Source of the DNA: Neocallimastix sp. 'constans'
Taxonomy: Eukaryota
DNA length: 64,000 nt
NCBI GenBank assembly: GCA_050613775.1
Contig: JBODTK010000011.1
Span: forward strand, 1,116,001 to 1,180,000
Reading direction: 5' to 3'
The translations under genes and the position numbers were made by a program. Positions 1 through 11,402 of this stretch are shown here, piece by piece (within the stretch, counting starts at the first letter, position 1; each line of letters starts with the position of its first letter). Under the pieces are notes generated by a model that made no database searches, had not been told where the DNA came from, and was given only the letters and a program-made list of their open reading frames with translations.

Positions 1-229
1 GTGAGGAATTGTAATTATTTGATTTTTCTTCGGATTCATCTGTAGATGATGTGGTATCAGACTCAGGGGCCTCTGGATAATTATGGTAATGGTTAACTTT
101 GGATTTTTCACCGTGATGATATGCAGTTGCCTTATGATTATTATGTTCGTTTTTGTTTCTATATTCAAAAGCGCTATCAATTTTGTTTATAAGTCGGGAA
201 GATTTAGAACTTCCCTTTATTAATTTAAA
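1..229 (-). CDS. pol: N-terminal part of pol of element A (-1 frame, partial)
   Basis: Manual translation from the slippery site (FKLIKGSSKSSRLINKIDSAFEYRN...) has no stop to the window edge; same layout as elements D and E. Confidence 0.7.
196..229 (-). promoter_or_regulatory. -1 programmed ribosomal frameshift signal
   Basis: Sense strand T TTA AAT just before the gag stop, 7-nt spacer, then hairpin GGGAAG-8 nt-CTTCCC. Confidence 0.8.
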
Positions 230-1074
230 TGTTTTTGATATTGGATTATTGTAGCTATTGCTTTGTTCAGATCGGACATTTCATTAGGGCAAAATCTTTC
301 TTCATGTCCCTTTTCATGACATCTATGGCAAACGTGGATCTTCATTTCAGCGAAGCTTTTGGTCAAAGCTTCTAGATCGGATTCTTGAATATCCTTATCT
401 ATTTTCTTTCGATCTTTCTCAACTTTATTGAATTTATCTTCTGATAAGTTATTCTGTTTCCTTCTGTTGAAGCTTCTTCTTTTAGGTATTCTGTTAAATT
501 GTGTACTATCGTATTCATCATCGCTTACATAAGGTTCAATAGTTTCTTCGACCTTCAATGCAATATCGTATGCATCTTTTAATGATTTTGGTTGCTTGGT
601 CAATAGCGCGTTAAAAACAGGGGTTCTCTTCTTACAAGCTTTTTTATATAAGAATATCAACCTTTCTTCATTTGGCTTGTCTCTTTCGGATATTTCTAAT
701 AATAGTTCTTTAAATATTTTATTAAACTCTTTAACGGAGTATTTACTAATTTTTAAAGCTTCGAGTTTATGTAAATTAGCGTTAGATATTTTGCTATTAC
801 TGAATGGTTCCCCTATTTTTGAAATAAAATCGGAGAGTGATAGGTCTTTATTTTCGTAATATATATCAATACTACGATCTTTAGTTTTGCCATAGGTAGT
901 TAGTATCACGATTTTCTTTTTTTCTTTTTCTGAAAGAGATAAATCTTCGAAGATATCTTCTACTTCCATCTTCCACCGAAAGAATTTAGTATCTCTTCTT
1001 CCTAGAGCGGCAATTTCTTTAGCCATGAGAGTGGCTTTTTCATAATTATTTTCTTTTATTTTATTTGAAGACAT
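220..1074 (-). CDS. gag: Retrotransposon Gag with CX2CX4HX4C zinc knuckle
   Basis: CHRCHEKGHEERFC near C-terminus; similar to the gags at 51165 and 57942; first ATG at 1074 (ORF track starts at a GTG within the PBS). Confidence 0.88.
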   Translation of the reverse strand: MSSNKIKENNYEKATLMAKEIAALGRRDTKFFRWKMEVEDIFEDLSLSEKEKKKIVILTTYGKTKDRSIDIYYENKDLSLSDFISKIGEPFSNSKISNANLHKLEALKISKYSVKEFNKIFKELLLEISERDKPNEERLIFLYKKACKKRTPVFNALLTKQPKSLKDAYDIALKVEETIEPYVSDDEYDSTQFNRIPKRRSFNRRKQNNLSEDKFNKVEKDRKKIDKDIQESDLEALTKSFAEMKIHVCHRCHEKGHEERFCPNEMSDLNKAIATIIQYQKHLN

Positions 1075-1148
1075 AAAATAAAACGGTAGATAATTTAAGA
1101 ATATGGGGAATTGTGTGTTATATAAAGTAGGCTTTCCGGGGTAAGAGT

Positions 1149-1160
1149 GGTTCTCCACCA
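1149..1160 (-). promoter_or_regulatory. Primer-binding site, tRNA-Ala-like
   Basis: TGGTGGAGA, same 5' end as the element D PBS; complementary to the ...CUCCACCA 3' end of tRNA-Ala. Confidence 0.6.
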
Positions 1161-1172
1161 CTTAATAAATCT

Positions 1173-1599
1173 TGGTTATAAATAGATTTTTATTTTATTA
1201 TTTGATTATATAGAAATTGTTTTATATACTTTATAAATATATATAAATATATAAATCTTTATTAATTTATTGATTCATTTATTATTAAAAATTTATTTTA
1301 TTCAAAAGAGAGAGATTAAAAATATTTTTTTTTAAATTATTATTTTTATATTCTAAAATTGGTGTAACAACAATATCCAATCAGTAATAATAATAAAATA
1401 ATAATTATAATTTTATAATAAAATATTCTTTAGAAATAATATTAAAGTATTAAGAATTATTAATAATTTATATATAATACTAATAAAATAATCTATTATT
1501 ATTTATATCATAAATTTTATAGTAAAATTAAAAATATTTTATATATATAAATATATATATATTTTTAATAAATAACGTAATTATAGTTATTATTTATCA
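1173..1599 (-). repeat. Putative 5' LTR of element A
   Basis: Sense termini TGATAAA...TAACCA resemble the element D LTR termini (TGATAAAG...TACCA); partner LTR is outside the window, so boundaries are inferred. Confidence 0.55.
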
Positions 1600-1604
1600 A
1601 AAAA

Positions 1605-1976
1605 TGGTGCAATGTAAATGAACTTTTAAAATTTAAATCTAATTATATTAATATTCACAATAATAAGTAATTCACACTAAAGTTGTAAATTATAACTAAA
1701 TACTTAAATTCTACTTTATAAATTGTTTATTTAATTTTTATTAAATTTTTATTTTTGATCAATTGAAATCTCAATTTAGATCAATTGTCATTCAATCTAA
1801 TTTTTTACATTTAATAAAGTTATATGTGGAAAAGAGAGAGTCTTAATAATTTCTAATTTTATACTTTATATATAAATTTCAATTTAATTTATCCTTTTAT
1901 GGATTAATTTGATTTTCTATTTTTTTATGTAAATTTAATTTTATTTAATTTTAATTTTTCACTTGGTCTCGTACCA
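1605..1976 (-). repeat. 3' LTR of element B
   Basis: Direct repeat of 3604-3929 plus 4587-4632. Confidence 0.92.
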
Positions 1977-2129
1977 AGATCTCCCCCCTAAGCTTGGACT
2001 TCGTCCCCTGAAGTCCTCCTAAGGTTGACTTAGTAAACGAAACAGAAAAATTGATCTACTTTAATTAATTAACTATCTCTATACTATCTGTTTTCTTAAC
2101 TATATAAAATTTATTAATAACTATAAAAG

Positions 2130-3182
2130 CTAAAATAAAAATAATATAAAATAGTTTATAAATTTCCTTTTATATTTATAATTCCTTTCTACCATTCTTA
2201 AGTCTTCTCGATTATCGCACCTTATCTTGGAATTATCTTTGATGTTGATCCTTAATGTTTGATACTTTTCACTTGTCGTATCTATCCACTCAAATTTATC
2301 AGTTCGTTGCGTTTTCACATGGTTATCCGCTCTCATTAGTTCTTCATTATTATTTTCAGTATTAATTTTGTTAAGACTTGCAATATTTTCCACTTCCTTT
2401 ATTTCGTTATTTATTCCGTCATTATGATTGATTGGTTTGTCATCATCTTCTATTTCTTTTAACATAGTATTCTTATTAATTGTTTCTTCATCACTCTTTT
2501 CAACTTCTTCTTTGTCATTTATTACTTTGATATCTTCGGCTTTAGCGATCCATTCTTCTTTATTACTGTTTTCTTCTTGCTTAATTTCTTTGATTTCAAT
2601 AGTTTCTGCTAACTCCATTGGTTCATAATAAAAATTTTGCTCATTTCGTACACATTCTTCAAAGTTAATGATATTTTGTATTTTATGTGTAATTCGACAA
2701 GCTTCTTCAATTGTTTCAACGCCTTCATAAATTACAGTAAAACATGCATATTGATTTATCTCAATTGACCTAACGTAGTCTTTTACTGTAAAGCCTTCCT
2801 TAAGCAGTGATGGTAATTTATTGTAATATTCTAAATAAATAGAATTAAAATCGAATAAATTTTGTCCTACCTTTAATTTTATGGCCTTTAATTTATCGTA
2901 ATAATAAAAATGATCTCGATCTTTTATATTAAGAAGTGCATTTTTAATTTGGATTAAGTTTGGATACACTTCTTCTGGCATTTCCTCTTTTAATTCTTTT
3001 ATTAGTCTTCGTGCTTCACCACTGGTAGCAAGAAACGCTAATCTATATCTAATTTCTTCATCTTGAACACCACTCCCTTGTATTAAGTTTACCAACTTGT
3101 CATACCATGTCAATACGTTTTGTTCATTCACTACATTTAGTCGTGGTAATATTTTAATTAACTTAATTAGATTAGGATCCAT
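2130..3182 (-). CDS. gag: Gag-like protein without zinc knuckle, acidic C-terminal half
   Basis: LKAIKLK..NLFDFNSIY..YYNKL..TVKDYVRSI aligns by eye with LKTIQIN..SIKKFNYRY..LYNKL..SVKDYTNAI of gag E. Confidence 0.8.
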   Translation of the reverse strand: MDPNLIKLIKILPRLNVVNEQNVLTWYDKLVNLIQGSGVQDEEIRYRLAFLATSGEARRLIKELKEEMPEEVYPNLIQIKNALLNIKDRDHFYYYDKLKAIKLKVGQNLFDFNSIYLEYYNKLPSLLKEGFTVKDYVRSIEINQYACFTVIYEGVETIEEACRITHKIQNIINFEECVRNEQNFYYEPMELAETIEIKEIKQEENSNKEEWIAKAEDIKVINDKEEVEKSDEETINKNTMLKEIEDDDKPINHNDGINNEIKEVENIASLNKINTENNNEELMRADNHVKTQRTDKFEWIDTTSEKYQTLRINIKDNSKIRCDNREDLRMVERNYKYKRKFINYFILFLF

Positions 3183-3297
3183 TATTCCTTAATTATTCAT
3201 AACAATTTGATAATTCATCAATGGATAATTTTCATTAACTAGCTATAGTTAATATTTTTTTATTATTTAATATTTTTTTTTTTTTATATTATTTATT

Positions 3298-3510
3298 CAA
3301 AAGTAATTAACTAACTATAATTACTTATTTATTATTTACTCAAAAGTAATTAATTAACTATAATTACTTATTTATTATTTACTCAAAAGTAATTAACTAA
3401 CTATAATTACTTATTTATTATTTACTCAAAAGTAATTAACTAACTATAATTACTTATTTATTATTTACTCAAAAGTAATTAACTAACTATAATTACTTAT
3501 TTATTATTTA
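3298..3510. repeat. ~43-bp tandem repeat x5 in leader of element B
   Basis: Unit CAAAAGTAATTAACTAACTATAATTACTTATTTATTATTTACT with internal inverted repeat AAGTAATTA/TAATTACTT. Confidence 0.85.
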
Positions 3511-3578
3511 TTACAGTTCATAATTCTATTTATATTACTTATTATTTTTTTCATTAATATAATTAATTCATTTACTTT

Positions 3579-3595
3579 TCCCGGATGAGCCCCCA
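3579..3595 (-). promoter_or_regulatory. Primer-binding site, tRNA-Pro
   Basis: TGGGGGCTCATCCGGGA, one mismatch to the classical tRNA-Pro PBS TGGGGGCTCGTCCGGGA. Confidence 0.88.
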
Positions 3596-3603
3596 AAATT
3601 TTA

Positions 3604-4632
3604 TGGTGCAATGTAAATGAACTTTTAAAATTTAAATCTAATTATATTAATATTCACAATAATAAGTAATTCACACTAAAGTTGTAAATTATAACTAAAT
3701 ACTTAAATTCTACTTTATAAATTGTTTATTTAATTTTTATTAAATTTTTATTTTTGATCAATTGAAATCTCAATTTAGATCAATTGTCATTCAATCTAAT
3801 TTTTTACATTTAATAAAGTTATATGTGGAAAAGAGAGAGTCTTAATAATTTCTAATTTTATACTTTATATATAAATTTCAATTTAATTTATCCTTTTATG
3901 GATTAATTTGATTTTCTATTTTTTTATGTTGTTAAGATAATAATTGAATTTCCATTTAATTCAATTTCAATTTCAATTTCAATAATTCAGTTATTTGAAT
4001 TTCAATATTAATAATTAATAATATAATAATTATTATTAAAATATTTAGGAATTAGTCTAGGCCAACTAATTACTAAATATTATTAACATATTGAATTTAA
4101 TATATATTAAATAATGTAAACACGTGATTGTCATTAAATTAATTTCTACATATTATATTTTTATTATAAAATATAATATTTAGCAATATTTGATTCTTAT
4201 ATTTTATTTATATTAAATATTTATATTATTATCTAACTTTATATTATCAATATCAAACTTATATTAATATTATTTACATATTCATATTAATAATTAATAT
4301 TTTAATAATTAATTATTTTATATAAATACATGTTTAAATTCTTTGATTAATCCTTTGTAGGATTATTGTAATTTAAATTATAGTAATAATTATATAAAAT
4401 AATAATGTAATAAAATATTATTAAGATTAAATAAAATTTATATTTTAAATAAAAAACTTAATTATAAAATTTACTAATAACAATATGTTTTAAATAAGAG
4501 TAAAATTAAGTTATTAATTAATTACTATAATTTGGCATCTTGACCTAATCGTTAAGACCAAATTATCTAAAAACTTTAACATATGTAAATTTAATTTTAT
4601 TTAATTTTAATTTTTCACTTGGTCTCGTACCA
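3604..4632 (-). repeat. 5' LTR of element B, interrupted by a 652-bp insertion
   Basis: Matches 1605-1976 on both sides of the insertion. Confidence 0.9.
3930..4581. mobile_element. Solo LTR inserted into 5' LTR of element B
   Basis: TGTTAA...TTAACA termini; 5-bp TSD TATGT at 3925-3929 and 4582-4586; the other LTR has a single TATGT. Confidence 0.88.
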
Positions 4633-4646
4633 AAAAAATCCGAAGG

Positions 4647-4718
4647 GGGGTGTTAGCTCAGCGGTAGAGTAATTGACTGCAGATCAATAGGTCTTCGGTT
4701 CAAATCCGGAACGCCCCT
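4647..4718 (+). tRNA. tRNA-Cys(GCA)
   Basis: Acceptor GGGGTGT/ACGCCCC, D arm TAGCTCAGCGGTAGAG, anticodon arm ATTGA-CTGCAGA-TCAAT, T loop GGTTCAAATCC, downstream T run. Confidence 0.95.
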
Positions 4719-5126
4719 AGTCCAATTTTTATTTATATATTTAAACTTTTTATAAAGTGTGAAGTTTATTTATATAAAAATACTTTTATTTTATTTTATT
4801 TTTTTTTTTATTTTATTTTATTTTATTTTATTTTATTTTATTTTATTTTTTTTATTTTTTTTTTTTTTTAAATTTTATTTTATTTTTTATCATTTATTCG
4901 TTTATTCTTTTATTCTTTTATTTATTTATGTACATTAGAATTTATTTTAATTTTATAACATAATTTATAAATGAATTTAAATATGCATATAACATATATA
5001 TATATTTTATATTTATTAGATTTATTAATTATGATTAAATTTTCATAGTCATTGACAAGAGTATTTACTATTAATAATTAGATTTATATTTTAGGTATAT
5101 TATTGGAAATATTATATTTAAATTAT

Positions 5127-5191
<65 letters not shown>

Positions 5192-5451
5192 AACTTTACT
5201 TCGTTGCTATGGATAGGATTATTAAACTTTTAATATTTTTTTTTTCACAAGTAAAACTTCTAAAGTTTTAATTATTTGGTAATATGAAGTTCTGTATTAT
5301 GGAATGGATACTGATTAGGTTTTTACATCATTCAAATTATTAATATTACTACTTTTTGGTTTAATTATTTATTATGGAGTCAAACTATTTTAAATTATTA
5401 TATTTAATAATTTGTTTTATTCTTTAGCTTTAATTATATCTATAAATATTA

Positions 5452-5490
<39 letters not shown>

Positions 5491-6561
5491 AATATTATTT
5501 TGTAAATTCATTAAATGTCTCAATGTAACTTTATTTTATTTTATATAATATTCAAGTCTTGTTTAGTACTATAGTAATTTGGGTTTTATAATTAGGACAA
5601 TTTTGAATATTTATAAAACTGTTGTTATTACATGTTTTATATTTTTATATCTTTATAGGGTGACTTATAAAGATATAAAAGCTTTATAGACAGTACATTT
5701 GAAGCTTATGTAAGTCACGTTACATATTATAAAATTTTATTTATCATCTACATATTTATATACTTATTTATAAAAATTTAAATACTAATATTATTTATGA
5801 TTTTACAATCGTTCAATATGGTGTGGCGTGTACATATTTAAAATAAAGCCATACATTTTTAAGATATTCTATACAATTATAAATAAATATATAAATAAAT
5901 AAATAATTAAATTTATAATTAAATAAAAAAATGTAATAAACATTAAAAATTAAAATATATATATATTTAAATATATAATAATAATAAAAAAAAGAAATAA
6001 ATATATTTATAAAAATAATAAAATATATATTTTTTTACTTTAAAAACACATATTAATTAGAATAAGTTATTAAATATAAATAGATAATTAAATATTATTA
6101 AATAACTATTTCAAAATAGTATATTCTAAAAAAGAATTATAAAAAATTATTATTTACCATTGAATATTATTATTTATTTAAATATTAAAAAAAATACGCC
6201 ACATTATGGAATACACGTTTTTGAGAAATGCACCATCATTATTTATTAATAATATAATTTATAAATTATTTATTTATTTATTATTTTTTTAAAAAATTTA
6301 TCTATTTATCTATTTAATTATTATTCATCCTATAGGTCTATAGAGTAAAAGTAGCCAATCAAAAATAAATAATGTAAAGTTGAAAATATAAAAGAAAAAT
6401 TTTTTTTATATATATATTTTCTTTTTTTTTATATATTCATCATAAATTAAAATTTAAATTTTAATTGAAAATAAATCATTAAAATTAGATTAAATATTTA
6501 AAATAATAAAATTTATTATTTTAAAAAATGAAATCTAATTAAAAGAAGAAAAAAGAAATAA

Positions 6562-6646
6562 ATAAAGATGGTGATGACAGTTTTATATAAACCGAGATTA
6601 CACGAATGTGGAACATTTCTTATATTCACACTGCCTGAATCTTTAT
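6562..6646 (+). ncRNA. Box C/D snoRNA, SNORD41/snR51-like
   Basis: Terminal stem ATAAAGAT/ATCTTTAT, box C GTGATGA at 6571, D' CCGA at 6592, C'-like ATGTGGA, box D CTGA at 6635; guide TATTCACACTG complements LSU rRNA CAGUGUGAAUA (target recalled from memory). Confidence 0.78.
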
Positions 6647-7191
6647 AAAAAAAATTAAAATAATATATAAATATATTTAATATAAAAATTTAATATTAAC
6701 ATTATTTTATAAAGATGTTTTAATAGTTTATATATGATCAATTTAAAAAAAAAATAAAATGACTATTAAAAATTACTTTAATGGAATAATATAAATATAT
6801 TACGGTACATTACGACTATAATAACAAAGTCATTAATTAATTTATATTGTAAAAGATGTTAGTATATATATTATATATATTATAATTGATGATTGTTATT
6901 TTTATGTTTTATACATGTAAAGCCAAATATGCTAAACTTATTTTAGTAATTTTTTTATTATATCAATTATAAACTTTTATTTTATAAAAAAACAATTAAA
7001 TTTGTAATAATGGCTAATATTAATATTTGTAATTACACGTAAAAGAAAACTGGAAATTATGAATTTTCATTTTATTATATATATAAGTTTTAATAAGGGT
7101 ATTGTTTCTTAATTTTTAATATTCATTTATAATTATTTTTAATCATTTTGTGAATTTAATAAATTATTTCTACCTAAATTGTCATTCAGCA

Positions 7192-7251
<60 letters not shown>

Positions 7252-7495
7252 CCCTTTAAAAAGAACATTACTTTATATGCTTAGATGCTTAGTACAATAC
7301 AATGTTTTTCTTTTTTTTTCTTTTTTTTTTTTTTTTTTTTTTTTTTTCTTTTCTTTTATAAAGATTTGTTAATTTCAATGTCATCTCAATACTCAATTAT
7401 AAAAATAATAATATACACTTCTTGATTCTCTTTATTATTTTTATTTTTGAAATTTAAAGATTAATTTTTATAAAAGAAAAAAAATTTTTTTTTTC

Positions 7496-7536
<41 letters not shown>

Positions 7537-7978
7537 CATACAATCAAAAATAAATAATTTGATATTATATATACAAAAAAAAAATTTTTTTATAAAGAAT
7601 AATAATGTAAAAGACTTTTTAATAACAACAACAATAATAATAATTAATAATAATAATTAATAATAATAATAATATATATATATATAAATTTAATTTTTTT
7701 ATTTAAAGGGTTAATATTAATGAAAAAGCTAATTATTTAAAACAAAAAAAAAAATTGTTTTAAATAAACTTTATAGGAATGAATATTTATTTTCTTCGTT
7801 TTTTTTTTTTTTTTTTTATCTTATTAATTATAATTGATATTATATATCATTGGTATTAAGTGTAAAGGAAAAAAAGAAATAAAAATAAAATAAAAAATTG
7901 AATAAAAATTAAAAATAAAAATAAAAATAAAAATAAAAAAAAAAATAAAAATAAAAATAAAAAAAAAAAGAAAAAAGA

Positions 7979-8385
<407 letters not shown>

Positions 8386-9296
8386 CATAGATATATAGAT
8401 ATAGATATATAATAAATATTTCATATTTTAATATAATTATGTATCAAAAAAAAAAAAAATTTAATAAATTATTCCACTTGATAGATATTTCAAAAAAAAA
8501 AAAAAATTTTTTTCCTATTTATTTGTTATTTGTTGTTTTTATGAAATAAGATTTATTATTTACAAATTTTAAATTAATGATTTTAATTATTTGTATATAA
8601 ATGAAGTCATGATTTACTCATTTTTTTTTCTTTTTCTTTTTCTTTTTTTATAACAATATATTTATTTATTTATTTCTTAAATTAATTTAATAATATTTTT
8701 TTTTATAACAATGACATTATTATTATTATTATTATTATTATTTTATACTTTAATTAATTTAATAATATTTTTTAACAATGACATTTATTTTTTGTTTTTT
8801 TTATAACATTATTTATAATTGATTTAAATGAAAAATTAGGATATGATTTATATATTTGTTAATATACTATTTTTTTTTCTATATTTTAATTTTACAATAA
8901 TATATAATTTTTTTTTATGTTTTTTTTTATTTTATTTAAATTTTTATTACGTACAATTATAAATAAATTAGTAATAAAATTTATTTATTTATTTATTTAT
9001 TTATTCATTTATTTATGTCCTTTTAGTTAATAATTATCATTAATTTCTATTATTATTATTATCATTATCATTTTTATTATTATCATTATTATTAATAATA
9101 TTTTTTTTTTTTTTTTTTTTTTTTTTTGTGGATTATAATTTAGTTTTGCAAGATTACATGTTTTTAGTAATAGTTTTAAATATCTTTAGTTTAACATTAA
9201 TGTGATGATGTTGGCAAAATTCTTTCAGAGTCTGATGAAGATTCAGAAAGCGTTTCCGTAAAAAGATGGATTTAATATTAGTATATATATTTTTTT

Positions 9297-10319
9297 CTAC
9301 AGTACTTCTTGTTGCTTTATGATAGGATAAGAATATGGTGATACACTGGATAAACGATTAATTGAATTAATGTCAAGTGTTTCAGTGTTCATTGGTCTCT
9401 GCTTTGAATTAGTAATATTATTTGTAGCATTGATATAATTGTAATTATTAGAATCAGGAAATGAACTTGATCTTACACTGTATTTAAAGAGAAGGGAATC
9501 ACAAGCTAAAATTAAGATAAAGGAGCACTTAATATTTAAGAATGGTTTAACAATACTTTCAGGTACTTGATCTTTAAACCATACAGAAATACCATTACAT
9601 AAGGCTAAAATAATACTGACAATATCAACACATACTAAAATGATATAACTTGAACGTTTGATGAAACGATCAATATCTTTTGATTTAAAATATTCTTGTT
9701 TATTATGCATATTAACAAAATAAAGAATACCAATAGTACAAATTAAATCTGCTACTGCCATTATACTAAACGCCACCATATGCCATAATGCTATTTTCTC
9801 ATTATTTAAAATACCCATGGTGCATCGCATATAACCAATATAGAATCTAGCACCAATGAAAGCAACGAATAGGATGTAAATAATTATATTTAATATTTTG
9901 TAAGTTTTTCCTTGAGAAAATGCTTTCATTTTAGTTAAATTTAAGAAAGGAATTGCATATTCCTTGACAATCCAAAATATTTCAGCTATAAAAAAACCAT
10001 AAATTCTACCGTGTGGATTATCGATTTCACTTTTACTACAAAGATAAGCAACACTTCCTTTTTCACAAAAAGTTCCTAATAAACCCGCAACACTAGCATA
10101 AAATAATATTTTCCAATATCTTCCCTTACCGATATTAATGTACATTAATGTAACAAGGGCAAATTGAAGAATATTCGTATAGAAAATTGATTCATCAAAT
10201 TTCGATAGTATACCATCTATTAAATCATTGTAGGGTTGAGGAGGACATAGTTCATTTGATGATGATACTTTTTGGTATCCTCCTCCCGTTGGATAGTCTG
10301 ATATATTATTAGAAGGCAT
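9297..10319 (-). CDS. 7-transmembrane receptor-like protein, paralog 1
   Basis: Seven hydrophobic segments; shared motifs PTG.G, CP..PY, GKYWKIL, EIFWI.KEY, DLIC, KRSSY, P....K...ILILACD. Confidence 0.85.
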   Translation of the reverse strand: MPSNNISDYPTGGGYQKVSSSNELCPPQPYNDLIDGILSKFDESIFYTNILQFALVTLMYINIGKGRYWKILFYASVAGLLGTFCEKGSVAYLCSKSEIDNPHGRIYGFFIAEIFWIVKEYAIPFLNLTKMKAFSQGKTYKILNIIIYILFVAFIGARFYIGYMRCTMGILNNEKIALWHMVAFSIMAVADLICTIGILYFVNMHNKQEYFKSKDIDRFIKRSSYIILVCVDIVSIILALCNGISVWFKDQVPESIVKPFLNIKCSFILILACDSLLFKYSVRSSSFPDSNNYNYINATNNITNSKQRPMNTETLDINSINRLSSVSPYSYPIIKQQEVL

Positions 10320-11228
10320 TTCTTTTGATAAAACAGATTGAATGTTATATGATTTTCCTTATTACTATTAGTGTTATTATTATTATTATTATTATTATAT
10401 TTGTTATTATTATTCTTTATTAATCTTTCTATATATATTCTATATATTATATTTTAATTAAATATATTCTTATAATAAATTATTATATATTTCAAATCCC
10501 AACTTTGTATAAATATATATTTTTTTTTATATTATAAATAATAAATATAATATATAAAATTATATATAAAGTTTAATGTTTTATTTGATCTCTAAATTTT
10601 AAATATAATATTGGTAGATCTTGTATATTAAATAAGATTAATATTGTTATATTAACAATTTTAATATTTACAGACTTATTAATTTTTATATATATATATT
10701 TTTTTTAACAATTATTTTTTGTATGTAGTATTTAAAGAATATTATAAGTATGCGTTACAAGTTCCTACTAATATTTATTTGCTATAGTATTTAAAACTTA
10801 TTTATATGTTTTATCATTATTTTTAAGTAAATATATGAATAAAAAAATTGATTATTCCCTTCTTTAATAAATAAGAATTTAAAATATTATATATAGCAAA
10901 TATTTCAAATTATTTTACTGTGTTATTGTTATATAAATAAAAGAAAAAATATTAAATAAAACATAATCTTTTTTTTCTTTTATTTTTATTTTTATTTATT
11001 TATTCTTTTAATTATTCTTATATTCTTTAAATAATATTTTTAAATAAATATTAATATAATTATTTATATTTTCAATATATACTATACTTTTAGTTGAATT
11101 TTATATTTAAAAATTCAAAAGATTGAAAAAAAAAAAAAAAAATTAAAATAATTTTTTTTCTTAATTCATTTTTTTATTTTATATACTTTTTTTTTTTAAT
11201 TTTTATTTATTGATTTCTTTTATTTATT

Positions 11229-11402
<174 letters not shown>

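Larger units (their letters stand above)
1..1599 (-). mobile_element. Ty3/gypsy LTR retrotransposon A, 5' part (runs off left window edge)
   Basis: gag with CCHC knuckle, TTTAAAT slippery site into an open -1 frame reaching position 1, PBS TGGTGGAGA ending at 1160, putative 5' LTR 1173-1599. Confidence 0.85.
1605..4632 (-). mobile_element. Non-autonomous gag-only LTR retroelement B
   Basis: 372-bp LTRs (TGGT...ACCA) at 1605-1976 and 3604-4632 (interrupted), AAAAA on both flanks, tRNA-Pro PBS, polypurine tract at ~1981-1990, single gag-like ORF, no pol. Confidence 0.9.

Noticed and set aside
5643..6203. 15-bp hairpin at 5643-5680 and TGTGGCGT/ACGCCACA inverted pair (5822/6196) as a MITE
   Set aside because: Short AT-rich matches with no clear TSD or second copy
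9202..9236. Second C/D snoRNA (GTGATGA...CTGA)
   Set aside because: Boxes too close together, no terminal stem; lies in the 3' region of receptor paralog 1
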